DNA of 64,000 nt, taken from assembly GCA_964019425.1 (NCBI GenBank), contig OZ025803.1:124001-188000 (forward strand), written 5' to 3'. This DNA is from Flectonema sp. DT1601 (lineage: Eukaryota). Made by a program: the position numbers and the translations under genes. The notes under the pieces are model-generated. The model saw only the letters and a list, made by a program, of their open reading frames with translations. It had not been told where the DNA came from and did not search any database. Shown piece after piece: positions 34,724-48,701 of the stretch (the stretch's first letter is position 1; each line of letters begins with the position of its first letter).

Positions 34724-37064
34724 GGATGCTAGTAGATCTAGTCATGACCAGGACTACAACGAGACTCAAATCAAAACGAATACCGAAATATAAAAAAAAA
34801 CTTACAACTAAAAAAAAAATGCACCGAAAATTAACAATCATCATCATCATCATTTGTTCACTACTGTCTATGCGGGTCTTCAGTTTGTTTGTTTGTTTAG
34901 GGGTATACACAGGTGGATATGGGCAAGGCCAATCATCTAAATAGAATAAACATAATTGGATCAGGATGCAGGGCCGCCTGGGGCATAAGCCAGGTTACGT
35001 TATCGGAAGCTGGTCAACAAGATCGATCGACTCCGCCGACATTATATGTTATAATCCAAACATCACAGCCGCATAAGTTCGTGAGTCAGGTTCTTGATGA
35101 CTTCTCACAAACGCCAAGACAACCTCTCTCTGAATATGTTACAGTGACAAGCCAATCTAAACAACAGCAAATGTTGCACGTTACGTCACAGACATATCAA
35201 CAACTCCAACCGTCTCCACCGAGGTTATTTGTAATGAAACATTTGAGCTGTCAACGACAGGCAACTCAGCCAAACTTACATGAGTCAGCAGAAGTGACAT
35301 CTGCTTCCGCCAGCTCCGCCAATTGATCGTTACAACTGAAACAACTCAACAACAAGGGTTTGATATCGGAATGATATTTGGAAATGAGACACCAATAGAT
35401 ATTAGTAAGAAAGTGGCCTTCGCGAGTTTCTCTAGTGTTATTAGATGATCTTGGAACAGGTATAGAAATTATAGGAAATGAAAGACGATTCCTAGACACA
35501 GGTCATTCAGTAGATTTTCCTAATGAAAATGGGAAGTGCTCAGTGATCCCGGAGGGGGACACAAAGACGACGTGAACAGAAGATGCCAGTTTGACACTCA
35601 GCAACTTTAAGCAGAAACACCTTCCTCAGAGTCGCAAAGACAATTTCGGACTCCTTCACATCGACAGATGACTCCCAATGACACCAGACAATCGATGAAA
35701 AAGATAGAAAACACAGTCTCGCGCCCTCAGAAGTTGCGGAAGGAGAAGCTTCTAAGTGATGCCTCCATTGAAGCGTTTCAAGCCACAATCGCCGCAGAAC
35801 ACAGGCTCTACACCAGTAAGTACTACAAGAAAGCTCTGGCGACAATTTTTCTAGTCTAAACCCCAATCTGAGTTCCCAAGGCTCAGCTATGCATTATGAT
35901 CATGTCATAGAGTGGTGAGGGGACTACCAACTGAAGTATCTTCTCGAATAAGGCACACATGAACATTACAAAACCGCAGTTCATGGATTCCCTCAGGCGG
36001 ATGGGACATCAATAACATCAACGTGGTAGCCCACACGTGACCATAGCGACTCACAGCCATAGTGACTCAACAACTTCTTCGCCTATATTCGACAGCACAT
36101 ATGGGATTTTTTATCGATACCAATTGTTGATTCTCTTATATTGCAACCAGGTTTGGCCGAACCCTATTCTCGTTTTAGCCAGTTTCAAGTTGCTTTCTAT
36201 TTAATATTAGTATCAAGTTACCTCCTCACAGGGACAATCAGCAACCTTGTTCGGCCGGTTGTTTGCATTTTGATGTTCTTCTTTACTTACCCTCGACATC
36301 TTTAATCGATTCAATATAATCATATCTTCAATGTGATGCTTTGATTTGCCACTGAGGATTGCACTTACCATCGCCAGAGTCGAGGCTGAGAAGGCAAAAC
36401 TGTGTGATGACCTGTTGAAGCAGCTATCTTCACTCAACATTGAGGAGACTGCAACAATATACTTGAAAGCAACAGCGCATGTTGCAGGGGTCCTGTCCCA
36501 TCTTTTCCGGCCTTACGGAATGTCACGTTGTGGAAAAGTTTGCGGGTTTTATGAGTTTCAGTTTATCTGTACCTTCGATAATATCATTCTCTTCCCCCAC
36601 TCAGTATTATAAAACACTGTTATGACAACATAGGCAAGTGGTTCTCAACTATGTTCACCTGCATCTAGCGTTGCATTCACTACGCCGTCACTGGCAGATT
36701 GTCTAAAATAGTGTACTTTCGAGCTGATTAAGATATCCCCACTCAGGTAGCATTATCCACAGTTCCAAACACAAAATGTTTGACCTTGTTTTATTTTTTT
36801 TGTTTGGGTTTGAATGAATTTTTATTTCTGGTGTCTGTAGTGTGGTGTGTTTTGGTGTGTTGTTGTTATTTCTTTTCCTTTTTACACAGGCAGCCGTATC
36901 GAGAGGTTCTAAACCTATCATGTTTTGGACGACATTAACGCCGTAGGAGTTAGGGGAAATATGTGTTTTGTTTTATTAGGACCCTGAGAACGAGAGACTG
37001 GTGACTTGTTGTAATTTTCTTTTTTATTTACACAGGCAGCCGTATCCAAAGTTCAACACCAATC

Positions 37065-38009
37065 ATGTTCTGGACGACAACTGCACCGTGGGAGTCTGAC
37101 TCCGAGGAGGTGGCACGGCTCGGCGCAGGAACCGAGTCTGGGAGAGGCACCAGCAAGCGTGGTGTCTCTCCCAGAAGGGAGCAAGAGAGACGTCGGTGCT
37201 CTCAGGAGAGAGAGCGAGGGGTTGTAGTGCTGCGGATGAAGGAAGCTCTGCGGCTGACTGAGCCTGAGGAGCAGCAACAGCAAGTACAACATCAACATCA
37301 ACAGCAACAACAAGTACAACAGCAACAGACATCTTTGATGCAGGAGCAGCAGCAGCAGCAAATACAACAGCAACAGCAAGAACAAGTACAACAGCAACAG
37401 ACATCTCTGATGCAGCAGCAGCAACAGCAGCAGCAGCAGCAGCAACAACAACAACTTCAACAAGTAGAACAACAAGTGAAGCAACCGCTACCGCAACATC
37501 ATCAACAACAACACCAGCGAGCACAGTTTCCTCAGCGTGCGATGAGCGAGGAGCCAACGACATTGCCAACACCACCGCCACCACAACAACTACGTGCACC
37601 ATCGCTGCATCGTCCTGCAACGACGGTGGTGACAAACAGAGAGCCGCGGAGGTCATTCCAAGACCGGATGACCACCGACGCGCCGACTGATGGCGATTTC
37701 TTCGTCAGACAGCTTTGTGCATGTCTTCTCGCGACAGTTATTTTGTTGTTATGTGTTGTTTATTTTGCTCGTGCGAACCCCAAAGTCGTTGAAGGATTCG
37801 GGGCTTTTGTTTCCGTTTTATTTTTCGTTGCAAGGTTTTACGTTTCTCTTTTCCCTCCTCCTGTTCTGATCATTGCGGTGATCAGTAGTTGGTACACTTC
37901 TACCAATTGGAGGGAGTTTGTATTTCGCTTGTGTACTTTTCCCATCCAGGTAGTCGTCTACCTGGGGGGAGTAAGTGGATTGCTGGGAAGTCGCCAGGTT
38001 AAGAAATGA
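37065..38009 (+). CDS. Hypothetical polyglutamine protein with C-terminal hydrophobic (multi-TM) region, copy 1
   Basis: 314-aa ORF with higher GC than its flanks, preceded by a pyrimidine tract and ACAG acceptor; 3-4 hydrophobic segments. Confidence 0.6.
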   Translation: MFWTTTAPWESDSEEVARLGAGTESGRGTSKRGVSPRREQERRRCSQERERGVVVLRMKEALRLTEPEEQQQQVQHQHQQQQQVQQQQTSLMQEQQQQQIQQQQQEQVQQQQTSLMQQQQQQQQQQQQQQLQQVEQQVKQPLPQHHQQQHQRAQFPQRAMSEEPTTLPTPPPPQQLRAPSLHRPATTVVTNREPRRSFQDRMTTDAPTDGDFFVRQLCACLLATVILLLCVVYFARANPKVVEGFGAFVSVLFFVARFYVSLFPPPVLIIAVISSWYTSTNWREFVFRLCTFPIQVVVYLGGVSGLLGSRQVKK

Positions 38010-40943
38010 TCTGAACCATCTCCACCTTGGGTTCGAATTGTTTTTGGATCGACTTTTCATCTTCTTCATCTTGTTGTTGTTTTTTTTGATATTCCCTTCG
38101 TTTGTGTTGCTCTCGTCACTCATTGGCTCTTGTTATGCCAGAACATTATTAAAAAAAAAAAAAAGTATTAATCGACTTGTTTTCATTTCTTTTTATTTTT
38201 TATAAACATTGCACGCAGGGATTGCTCGGAGTAACTTCACCCATTTGAAAATCTCCTGGCAACCTGCCTGCATGGGGTTTTGGGGTTTTGGGGTTCTTTT
38301 TTCTTTTGTACAAATAACCGGAAGTCATTTTCACCTAATTTAATATCTTCCGGGTACTGCTTTAATTTGTTCCGTTTTGTTAATTTTCTTGAAAAGAATA
38401 CTTGCCCTCCATAATAATAGCGACTGTACTTCCTGTCTCGATCGTCCTATCCCACACCCAAACCCATAGCCACCAAAAAAAAATATAAAAAAAAAAAAAA
38501 TAATAATAAAAATAGTTAAAAAAAATAATAACCTCACCGAACTTTCTTCATGTTTTTTCTCAATTTCGCACATCCCAATCTCTGCCCCTCCTTTTTCAGG
38601 TGTACAGTCGCTGAATGAATATTAGTGTCTTGCCTTTTCTTTTTTTTTTTTCCTTTTGTCCTTTTTTCAACACACTCGCAAGTAAAAACCCTTCTTCCCT
38701 TTCCTCATCGTTGAGTAACTTTTCACACTCAACTCACCGTTTTAATCTCATTAGGGTGGAGGGGGGAATACTTGCACGGAGAGTTTACCTTGATATTTCA
38801 TTTTAGTTTTTACACGCAATGCTTCACTTTTCTTAATTGGGTGGTTGTATATGTTTTTTTCTCGTAAGGCTGGAAAGAAAGGAAATTGTCCGATTTTCCG
38901 TCGGTTGGTGTGTCTGTGGAAAGATTTGTTTTGTTGGAGGAGGTTGTATGTTTCCTTTCTGGTTTCCTTTTTTTTTTTTTTTTTGTGAGACGTGGTTTTT
39001 AGGATGTTTATTTATCCTTTTTTTTTTTTTTTTTTTTGGGTGTCCTTGTGCTGGATTCCAAAATGCAAATTAAGTAAAATAAAATAAAATAAAATAAAAT
39101 AAAATAAAATGAATTCCTTTTGCTTTCTTTCTTCTTCATTCTAATCAGTCTAGTGACCGTTGGTCCTGTCTTGATTAGTTTTGTGGTGGTCAGAAAGAAA
39201 TGACCGTGTTCCCTTTTGCCCCCGTGTTGCGGGAGGTTTGTTTCTGTTTTATATTTTGGGAAAAAGAGATGAAACCTAAGCTGTGGCAGCGACCTTTTTC
39301 TTTTCTTCAATTTGATTCTTTCATTTTGACTTCTGTTTGTGTGATGTGTCACAACAATTGAGAGGAGCCAACCTGTCAGTGTTGTGTGTATTCCGCAGAC
39401 GGATTCGATTCCATCTCATTTTGGAGATGAGAGATGGGAGTCGATTATATTTATTTGGGTCTGCTGTTAGCACAGTTGTACTCTTTTTGTGATTTCATGT
39501 ATCTTGTTGGTCATGTCTGCTTTGCTTGGTTTCATCGCTTCTGCACGGTCCGAATTCAAGACTGCTGCTTGTTGGGTTTAGAGCAGTGGGTCTAATTAGT
39601 TGATAATAATTTGTTGAATGTGTGTTCCCATTATTTATTATCATCATCATCGTTCTTCCCTCAGTTCCTCTGCGAAGTCGCGGAGGGGTATGAGGAAAAT
39701 GATAAATGTGATGATGATGATGATGAAGATGATGGGTTTTTCTTGAAAACATGTGTATTCCCTGCTTCTGTGGGTGTTTGCTTTGTTTTCTTCCCTTTCC
39801 GTTGAATATTAATTTACACTATTCTTTTCCTTTTTCCTTTTATTTTTCTTCTTGTGGTTTGTTGTTGTTATTGTTAACATTATAGTACACAACGCAACAC
39901 ACAAAAACACATGCTCTCTCTCCTTCCTGTCTTCTTCTTCTTCATGTCTTCTCATGTATGTTGAAGTGTTAGGTTGGAGGGAAATCACCATCTGGCTTCT
40001 CGTTCTTCGTTTCCTCCGTTTTCGGAGTGGTTGAAGGAGAGGCGATTAATCCTTTTAACTTTTTTTAGGCTTATGTCCTTGTTTTGAGTTCTGTTCTGTT
40101 TTTTTTTGTTTTTTTTTAGTTTTTTTTATTTTCATCAGTTCAGTTTATATCGAATATTTGATTGTTAGTTTTTGAGAAGTAAATGTGTTTTGAGCGATCT
40201 CCGTTGAAGATAGAGATCGTTGTAAAAGTGTTTTCTTTTTTTGTTTATTTTACCGTTGATGTGCCTTTCTTGGACAGCTTCGGGTGCATACAACCAACTC
40301 CTTCATTTTTAATCTTCTTCAGCAATACCCTTCCTTTTGTTTTTTAATTGTAGCCTTACATTATCATTACACCAACCTCCCCAGTTGAAGCATTGCAATT
40401 TTTAGTTTCCAAAAGAATATCTGAAACTGTGAAAGTGTGTTGGGTCCTTTTTATTTTTTGTTTTAATTTTTATTTTAATTCCATCTCTTTTTTCCTTCAA
40501 CCGTTTATCCTCGTTTTTCTCTTTTCGAGTACAGGATAAAGAAGGAAGTGAAGTGATGGCAATGAGGCAAGGAATAAAGTGTTTTTCTTAAAAAAAAAAA
40601 TAAAAAAAAAAAATAAAAATAAAGTAAGTAACATGGGGGAAACTTCCCTGTGTAATCTTCAAAAAAATAAAAAAAAAATAAAAAAAGGGGTTCCACTCCC
40701 CGCTAATCAAAAAACAAACAAACAAATACATAAATAAAAAAAAACAACCAAAAATAAAAATAATAATGATAACAAACAAAAAAAAAAAAAAAAAAATAGC
40801 AGGGGAACCTCCCTGTGAAAATGAATAAAAAAAAATACAAAAAAAGGGTTCCACTTCCCTAATAATTGATGTGCCTCTGGTGTATTGTTGTAATTTTCTT
40901 TTTTATTTACACAGGCAGCCGTATCCAAAGTTCAACACCAATC

Positions 40944-41888
40944 ATGTTCTGGACGACAACTGCACCGTGGGAGTCTGACTCCGAGGAGGTGGCACGGCTC
41001 GGCGCAGGAACCGAGTCTGGGAGAGGCACCAGCAAGCGTGGTGTCTCTCCCAGAAGGGAGCAAGAGAGACGTCGGTGCTCTCAGGAGAGAGAGCGAGGGG
41101 TTGTAGTGCTGCGGATGAAGGAAGCTCTGCGGCTGACTGAGCCTGAGGAGCAGCAACAGCAAGTACAACATCAACATCAACAGCAACAACAAGTACAACA
41201 GCAACAGACATCTTTGATGCAGGAGCAGCAGCAGCAGCAAATACAACAGCAACAGCAAGAACAAGTACAACAGCAACAGACATCTCTGATGCAGCAGCAG
41301 CAACAGCAGCAGCAGCAGCAGCAACAACAACAACTTCAACAAGTAGAACAACAAGTGAAGCAACCGCTACCGCAACATCATCAACAACAACACCAGCGAG
41401 CACAGTTTCCTCAGCGTGCGATGAGCGAGGAGCCAACGACATTGCCAACACCACCGCCACCACAACAACTACGTGCACCATCGCTGCATCGTCCTGCAAC
41501 GACGGTGGTGACAAACAGAGAGCCGCGGAGGTCATTCCAAGACCGGATGACCACCGACGCGCCGACTGATGGCGATTTCTTCGTCAGACAGCTTTGTGCA
41601 TGTCTTCTCGCGACAGTTATTTTGTTGTTATGTGTTGTTTATTTTGCTCGTGCGAACCCCAAAGTCGTTGAAGGATTCGGGGCTTTTGTTTCCGTTTTAT
41701 TTTTCGTTGCAAGGTTTTACGTTTCTCTTTTCCCTCCTCCTGTTCTGATCATTGCGGTGATCAGTAGTTGGTACACTTCTACCAATTGGAGGGAGTTTGT
41801 ATTTCGCTTGTGTACTTTTCCCATCCAGGTAGTCGTCTACCTGGGGGGAGTAAGTGGATTGCTGGGAAGTCGCCAGGTTAAGAAATGA
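40944..41888 (+). CDS. PolyQ/TM hypothetical protein, copy 2
   Basis: Identical translation to copy 1. Confidence 0.6.
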   Translation: MFWTTTAPWESDSEEVARLGAGTESGRGTSKRGVSPRREQERRRCSQERERGVVVLRMKEALRLTEPEEQQQQVQHQHQQQQQVQQQQTSLMQEQQQQQIQQQQQEQVQQQQTSLMQQQQQQQQQQQQQQLQQVEQQVKQPLPQHHQQQHQRAQFPQRAMSEEPTTLPTPPPPQQLRAPSLHRPATTVVTNREPRRSFQDRMTTDAPTDGDFFVRQLCACLLATVILLLCVVYFARANPKVVEGFGAFVSVLFFVARFYVSLFPPPVLIIAVISSWYTSTNWREFVFRLCTFPIQVVVYLGGVSGLLGSRQVKK

Positions 41889-44822
41889 TCTGAACCATCT
41901 CCACCTTGGGTTCGAATTGTTTTTGGATCGACTTTTCATCTTCTTCATCTTGTTGTTGTTTTTTTTGATATTCCCTTCGTTTGTGTTGCTCTCGTCACTC
42001 ATTGGCTCTTGTTATGCCAGAACATTATTAAAAAAAAAAAAAAGTATTAATCGACTTGTTTTCATTTCTTTTTATTTTTTATAAACATTGCACGCAGGGA
42101 TTGCTCGGAGTAACTTCACCCATTTGAAAATCTCCTGGCAACCTGCCTGCATGGGGTTTTGGGGTTTTGGGGTTCTTTTTTCTTTTGTACAAATAACCGG
42201 AAGTCATTTTCACCTAATTTAATATCTTCCGGGTACTGCTTTAATTTGTTCCGTTTTGTTAATTTTCTTGAAAAGAATACTTGCCCTCCATAATAATAGC
42301 GACTGTACTTCCTGTCTCGATCGTCCTATCCCACACCCAAACCCATAGCCACCAAAAAAAAATATAAAAAAAAAAAAAATAATAATAAAAATAGTTAAAA
42401 AAAATAATAACCTCACCGAACTTTCTTCATGTTTTTTCTCAATTTCGCACATCCCAATCTCTGCCCCTCCTTTTTCAGGTGTACAGTCGCTGAATGAATA
42501 TTAGTGTCTTGCCTTTTCTTTTTTTTTTTTCCTTTTGTCCTTTTTTCAACACACTCGCAAGTAAAAACCCTTCTTCCCTTTCCTCATCGTTGAGTAACTT
42601 TTCACACTCAACTCACCGTTTTAATCTCATTAGGGTGGAGGGGGGAATACTTGCACGGAGAGTTTACCTTGATATTTCATTTTAGTTTTTACACGCAATG
42701 CTTCACTTTTCTTAATTGGGTGGTTGTATATGTTTTTTTCTCGTAAGGCTGGAAAGAAAGGAAATTGTCCGATTTTCCGTCGGTTGGTGTGTCTGTGGAA
42801 AGATTTGTTTTGTTGGAGGAGGTTGTATGTTTCCTTTCTGGTTTCCTTTTTTTTTTTTTTTTTGTGAGACGTGGTTTTTAGGATGTTTATTTATCCTTTT
42901 TTTTTTTTTTTTTTTTGGGTGTCCTTGTGCTGGATTCCAAAATGCAAATTAAGTAAAATAAAATAAAATAAAATAAAATAAAATAAAATGAATTCCTTTT
43001 GCTTTCTTTCTTCTTCATTCTAATCAGTCTAGTGACCGTTGGTCCTGTCTTGATTAGTTTTGTGGTGGTCAGAAAGAAATGACCGTGTTCCCTTTTGCCC
43101 CCGTGTTGCGGGAGGTTTGTTTCTGTTTTATATTTTGGGAAAAAGAGATGAAACCTAAGCTGTGGCAGCGACCTTTTTCTTTTCTTCAATTTGATTCTTT
43201 CATTTTGACTTCTGTTTGTGTGATGTGTCACAACAATTGAGAGGAGCCAACCTGTCAGTGTTGTGTGTATTCCGCAGACGGATTCGATTCCATCTCATTT
43301 TGGAGATGAGAGATGGGAGTCGATTATATTTATTTGGGTCTGCTGTTAGCACAGTTGTACTCTTTTTGTGATTTCATGTATCTTGTTGGTCATGTCTGCT
43401 TTGCTTGGTTTCATCGCTTCTGCACGGTCCGAATTCAAGACTGCTGCTTGTTGGGTTTAGAGCAGTGGGTCTAATTAGTTGATAATAATTTGTTGAATGT
43501 GTGTTCCCATTATTTATTATCATCATCATCGTTCTTCCCTCAGTTCCTCTGCGAAGTCGCGGAGGGGTATGAGGAAAATGATAAATGTGATGATGATGAT
43601 GATGAAGATGATGGGTTTTTCTTGAAAACATGTGTATTCCCTGCTTCTGTGGGTGTTTGCTTTGTTTTCTTCCCTTTCCGTTGAATATTAATTTACACTA
43701 TTCTTTTCCTTTTTCCTTTTATTTTTCTTCTTGTGGTTTGTTGTTGTTATTGTTAACATTATAGTACACAACGCAACACACAAAAACACATGCTCTCTCT
43801 CCTTCCTGTCTTCTTCTTCTTCATGTCTTCTCATGTATGTTGAAGTGTTAGGTTGGAGGGAAATCACCATCTGGCTTCTCGTTCTTCGTTTCCTCCGTTT
43901 TCGGAGTGGTTGAAGGAGAGGCGATTAATCCTTTTAACTTTTTTTAGGCTTATGTCCTTGTTTTGAGTTCTGTTCTGTTTTTTTTTGTTTTTTTTTAGTT
44001 TTTTTTATTTTCATCAGTTCAGTTTATATCGAATATTTGATTGTTAGTTTTTGAGAAGTAAATGTGTTTTGAGCGATCTCCGTTGAAGATAGAGATCGTT
44101 GTAAAAGTGTTTTCTTTTTTTGTTTATTTTACCGTTGATGTGCCTTTCTTGGACAGCTTCGGGTGCATACAACCAACTCCTTCATTTTTAATCTTCTTCA
44201 GCAATACCCTTCCTTTTGTTTTTTAATTGTAGCCTTACATTATCATTACACCAACCTCCCCAGTTGAAGCATTGCAATTTTTAGTTTCCAAAAGAATATC
44301 TGAAACTGTGAAAGTGTGTTGGGTCCTTTTTATTTTTTGTTTTAATTTTTATTTTAATTCCATCTCTTTTTTCCTTCAACCGTTTATCCTCGTTTTTCTC
44401 TTTTCGAGTACAGGATAAAGAAGGAAGTGAAGTGATGGCAATGAGGCAAGGAATAAAGTGTTTTTCTTAAAAAAAAAAATAAAAAAAAAAAATAAAAATA
44501 AAGTAAGTAACATGGGGGAAACTTCCCTGTGTAATCTTCAAAAAAATAAAAAAAAAATAAAAAAAGGGGTTCCACTCCCCGCTAATCAAAAAACAAACAA
44601 ACAAATACATAAATAAAAAAAAACAACCAAAAATAAAAATAATAATGATAACAAACAAAAAAAAAAAAAAAAAAATAGCAGGGGAACCTCCCTGTGAAAA
44701 TGAATAAAAAAAAATACAAAAAAAGGGTTCCACTTCCCTAATAATTGATGTGCCTCTGGTGTATTGTTGTAATTTTCTTTTTTATTTACACAGGCAGCCG
44801 TATCCAAAGTTCAACACCAATC

Positions 44823-45767
44823 ATGTTCTGGACGACAACTGCACCGTGGGAGTCTGACTCCGAGGAGGTGGCACGGCTCGGCGCAGGAACCGAGTCTGGG
44901 AGAGGCACCAGCAAGCGTGGTGTCTCTCCCAGAAGGGAGCAAGAGAGACGTCGGTGCTCTCAGGAGAGAGAGCGAGGGGTTGTAGTGCTGCGGATGAAGG
45001 AAGCTCTGCGGCTGACTGAGCCTGAGGAGCAGCAACAGCAAGTACAACATCAACATCAACAGCAACAACAAGTACAACAGCAACAGACATCTTTGATGCA
45101 GGAGCAGCAGCAGCAGCAAATACAACAGCAACAGCAAGAACAAGTACAACAGCAACAGACATCTCTGATGCAGCAGCAGCAACAGCAGCAGCAGCAGCAG
45201 CAACAACAACAACTTCAACAAGTAGAACAACAAGTGAAGCAACCGCTACCGCAACATCATCAACAACAACACCAGCGAGCACAGTTTCCTCAGCGTGCGA
45301 TGAGCGAGGAGCCAACGACATTGCCAACACCACCGCCACCACAACAACTACGTGCACCATCGCTGCATCGTCCTGCAACGACGGTGGTGACAAACAGAGA
45401 GCCGCGGAGGTCATTCCAAGACCGGATGACCACCGACGCGCCGACTGATGGCGATTTCTTCGTCAGACAGCTTTGTGCATGTCTTCTCGCGACAGTTATT
45501 TTGTTGTTATGTGTTGTTTATTTTGCTCGTGCGAACCCCAAAGTCGTTGAAGGATTCGGGGCTTTTGTTTCCGTTTTATTTTTCGTTGCAAGGTTTTACG
45601 TTTCTCTTTTCCCTCCTCCTGTTCTGATCATTGCGGTGATCAGTAGTTGGTACACTTCTACCAATTGGAGGGAGTTTGTATTTCGCTTGTGTACTTTTCC
45701 CATCCAGGTAGTCGTCTACCTGGGGGGAGTAAGTGGATTGCTGGGAAGTCGCCAGGTTAAGAAATGA
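44823..45767 (+). CDS. PolyQ/TM hypothetical protein, copy 3
   Basis: Identical translation to copy 1. Confidence 0.6.
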   Translation: MFWTTTAPWESDSEEVARLGAGTESGRGTSKRGVSPRREQERRRCSQERERGVVVLRMKEALRLTEPEEQQQQVQHQHQQQQQVQQQQTSLMQEQQQQQIQQQQQEQVQQQQTSLMQQQQQQQQQQQQQQLQQVEQQVKQPLPQHHQQQHQRAQFPQRAMSEEPTTLPTPPPPQQLRAPSLHRPATTVVTNREPRRSFQDRMTTDAPTDGDFFVRQLCACLLATVILLLCVVYFARANPKVVEGFGAFVSVLFFVARFYVSLFPPPVLIIAVISSWYTSTNWREFVFRLCTFPIQVVVYLGGVSGLLGSRQVKK

Positions 45768-48701
45768 TCTGAACCATCTCCACCTTGGGTTCGAATTGTT
45801 TTTGGATCGACTTTTCATCTTCTTCATCTTGTTGTTGTTTTTTTTGATATTCCCTTCGTTTGTGTTGCTCTCGTCACTCATTGGCTCTTGTTATGCCAGA
45901 ACATTATTAAAAAAAAAAAAAAGTATTAATCGACTTGTTTTCATTTCTTTTTATTTTTTATAAACATTGCACGCAGGGATTGCTCGGAGTAACTTCACCC
46001 ATTTGAAAATCTCCTGGCAACCTGCCTGCATGGGGTTTTGGGGTTTTGGGGTTCTTTTTTCTTTTGTACAAATAACCGGAAGTCATTTTCACCTAATTTA
46101 ATATCTTCCGGGTACTGCTTTAATTTGTTCCGTTTTGTTAATTTTCTTGAAAAGAATACTTGCCCTCCATAATAATAGCGACTGTACTTCCTGTCTCGAT
46201 CGTCCTATCCCACACCCAAACCCATAGCCACCAAAAAAAAATATAAAAAAAAAAAAAATAATAATAAAAATAGTTAAAAAAAATAATAACCTCACCGAAC
46301 TTTCTTCATGTTTTTTCTCAATTTCGCACATCCCAATCTCTGCCCCTCCTTTTTCAGGTGTACAGTCGCTGAATGAATATTAGTGTCTTGCCTTTTCTTT
46401 TTTTTTTTTCCTTTTGTCCTTTTTTCAACACACTCGCAAGTAAAAACCCTTCTTCCCTTTCCTCATCGTTGAGTAACTTTTCACACTCAACTCACCGTTT
46501 TAATCTCATTAGGGTGGAGGGGGGAATACTTGCACGGAGAGTTTACCTTGATATTTCATTTTAGTTTTTACACGCAATGCTTCACTTTTCTTAATTGGGT
46601 GGTTGTATATGTTTTTTTCTCGTAAGGCTGGAAAGAAAGGAAATTGTCCGATTTTCCGTCGGTTGGTGTGTCTGTGGAAAGATTTGTTTTGTTGGAGGAG
46701 GTTGTATGTTTCCTTTCTGGTTTCCTTTTTTTTTTTTTTTTTGTGAGACGTGGTTTTTAGGATGTTTATTTATCCTTTTTTTTTTTTTTTTTTTTGGGTG
46801 TCCTTGTGCTGGATTCCAAAATGCAAATTAAGTAAAATAAAATAAAATAAAATAAAATAAAATAAAATGAATTCCTTTTGCTTTCTTTCTTCTTCATTCT
46901 AATCAGTCTAGTGACCGTTGGTCCTGTCTTGATTAGTTTTGTGGTGGTCAGAAAGAAATGACCGTGTTCCCTTTTGCCCCCGTGTTGCGGGAGGTTTGTT
47001 TCTGTTTTATATTTTGGGAAAAAGAGATGAAACCTAAGCTGTGGCAGCGACCTTTTTCTTTTCTTCAATTTGATTCTTTCATTTTGACTTCTGTTTGTGT
47101 GATGTGTCACAACAATTGAGAGGAGCCAACCTGTCAGTGTTGTGTGTATTCCGCAGACGGATTCGATTCCATCTCATTTTGGAGATGAGAGATGGGAGTC
47201 GATTATATTTATTTGGGTCTGCTGTTAGCACAGTTGTACTCTTTTTGTGATTTCATGTATCTTGTTGGTCATGTCTGCTTTGCTTGGTTTCATCGCTTCT
47301 GCACGGTCCGAATTCAAGACTGCTGCTTGTTGGGTTTAGAGCAGTGGGTCTAATTAGTTGATAATAATTTGTTGAATGTGTGTTCCCATTATTTATTATC
47401 ATCATCATCGTTCTTCCCTCAGTTCCTCTGCGAAGTCGCGGAGGGGTATGAGGAAAATGATAAATGTGATGATGATGATGATGAAGATGATGGGTTTTTC
47501 TTGAAAACATGTGTATTCCCTGCTTCTGTGGGTGTTTGCTTTGTTTTCTTCCCTTTCCGTTGAATATTAATTTACACTATTCTTTTCCTTTTTCCTTTTA
47601 TTTTTCTTCTTGTGGTTTGTTGTTGTTATTGTTAACATTATAGTACACAACGCAACACACAAAAACACATGCTCTCTCTCCTTCCTGTCTTCTTCTTCTT
47701 CATGTCTTCTCATGTATGTTGAAGTGTTAGGTTGGAGGGAAATCACCATCTGGCTTCTCGTTCTTCGTTTCCTCCGTTTTCGGAGTGGTTGAAGGAGAGG
47801 CGATTAATCCTTTTAACTTTTTTTAGGCTTATGTCCTTGTTTTGAGTTCTGTTCTGTTTTTTTTTGTTTTTTTTTAGTTTTTTTTATTTTCATCAGTTCA
47901 GTTTATATCGAATATTTGATTGTTAGTTTTTGAGAAGTAAATGTGTTTTGAGCGATCTCCGTTGAAGATAGAGATCGTTGTAAAAGTGTTTTCTTTTTTT
48001 GTTTATTTTACCGTTGATGTGCCTTTCTTGGACAGCTTCGGGTGCATACAACCAACTCCTTCATTTTTAATCTTCTTCAGCAATACCCTTCCTTTTGTTT
48101 TTTAATTGTAGCCTTACATTATCATTACACCAACCTCCCCAGTTGAAGCATTGCAATTTTTAGTTTCCAAAAGAATATCTGAAACTGTGAAAGTGTGTTG
48201 GGTCCTTTTTATTTTTTGTTTTAATTTTTATTTTAATTCCATCTCTTTTTTCCTTCAACCGTTTATCCTCGTTTTTCTCTTTTCGAGTACAGGATAAAGA
48301 AGGAAGTGAAGTGATGGCAATGAGGCAAGGAATAAAGTGTTTTTCTTAAAAAAAAAAATAAAAAAAAAAAATAAAAATAAAGTAAGTAACATGGGGGAAA
48401 CTTCCCTGTGTAATCTTCAAAAAAATAAAAAAAAAATAAAAAAAGGGGTTCCACTCCCCGCTAATCAAAAAACAAACAAACAAATACATAAATAAAAAAA
48501 AACAACCAAAAATAAAAATAATAATGATAACAAACAAAAAAAAAAAAAAAAAAATAGCAGGGGAACCTCCCTGTGAAAATGAATAAAAAAAAATACAAAA
48601 AAAGGGTTCCACTTCCCTAATAATTGATGTGCCTCTGGTGTATTGTTGTAATTTTCTTTTTTATTTACACAGGCAGCCGTATCCAAAGTTCAACACCAAT
48701 C

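Noticed and set aside
35330..36700. Degenerate coding sequence
   Set aside because: Coding-like composition but no motif recognised; left unannotated
37053..37656. Poly-Leu and poly-Ala/Val antisense ORFs
   Set aside because: Shadows of the CAG/CAA-rich polyQ ORF
38274..38293. Telomere (GGGGTTTT repeats)
   Set aside because: Only 2.5 units, internal to the 3.9-kb repeat; likely a chance microsatellite
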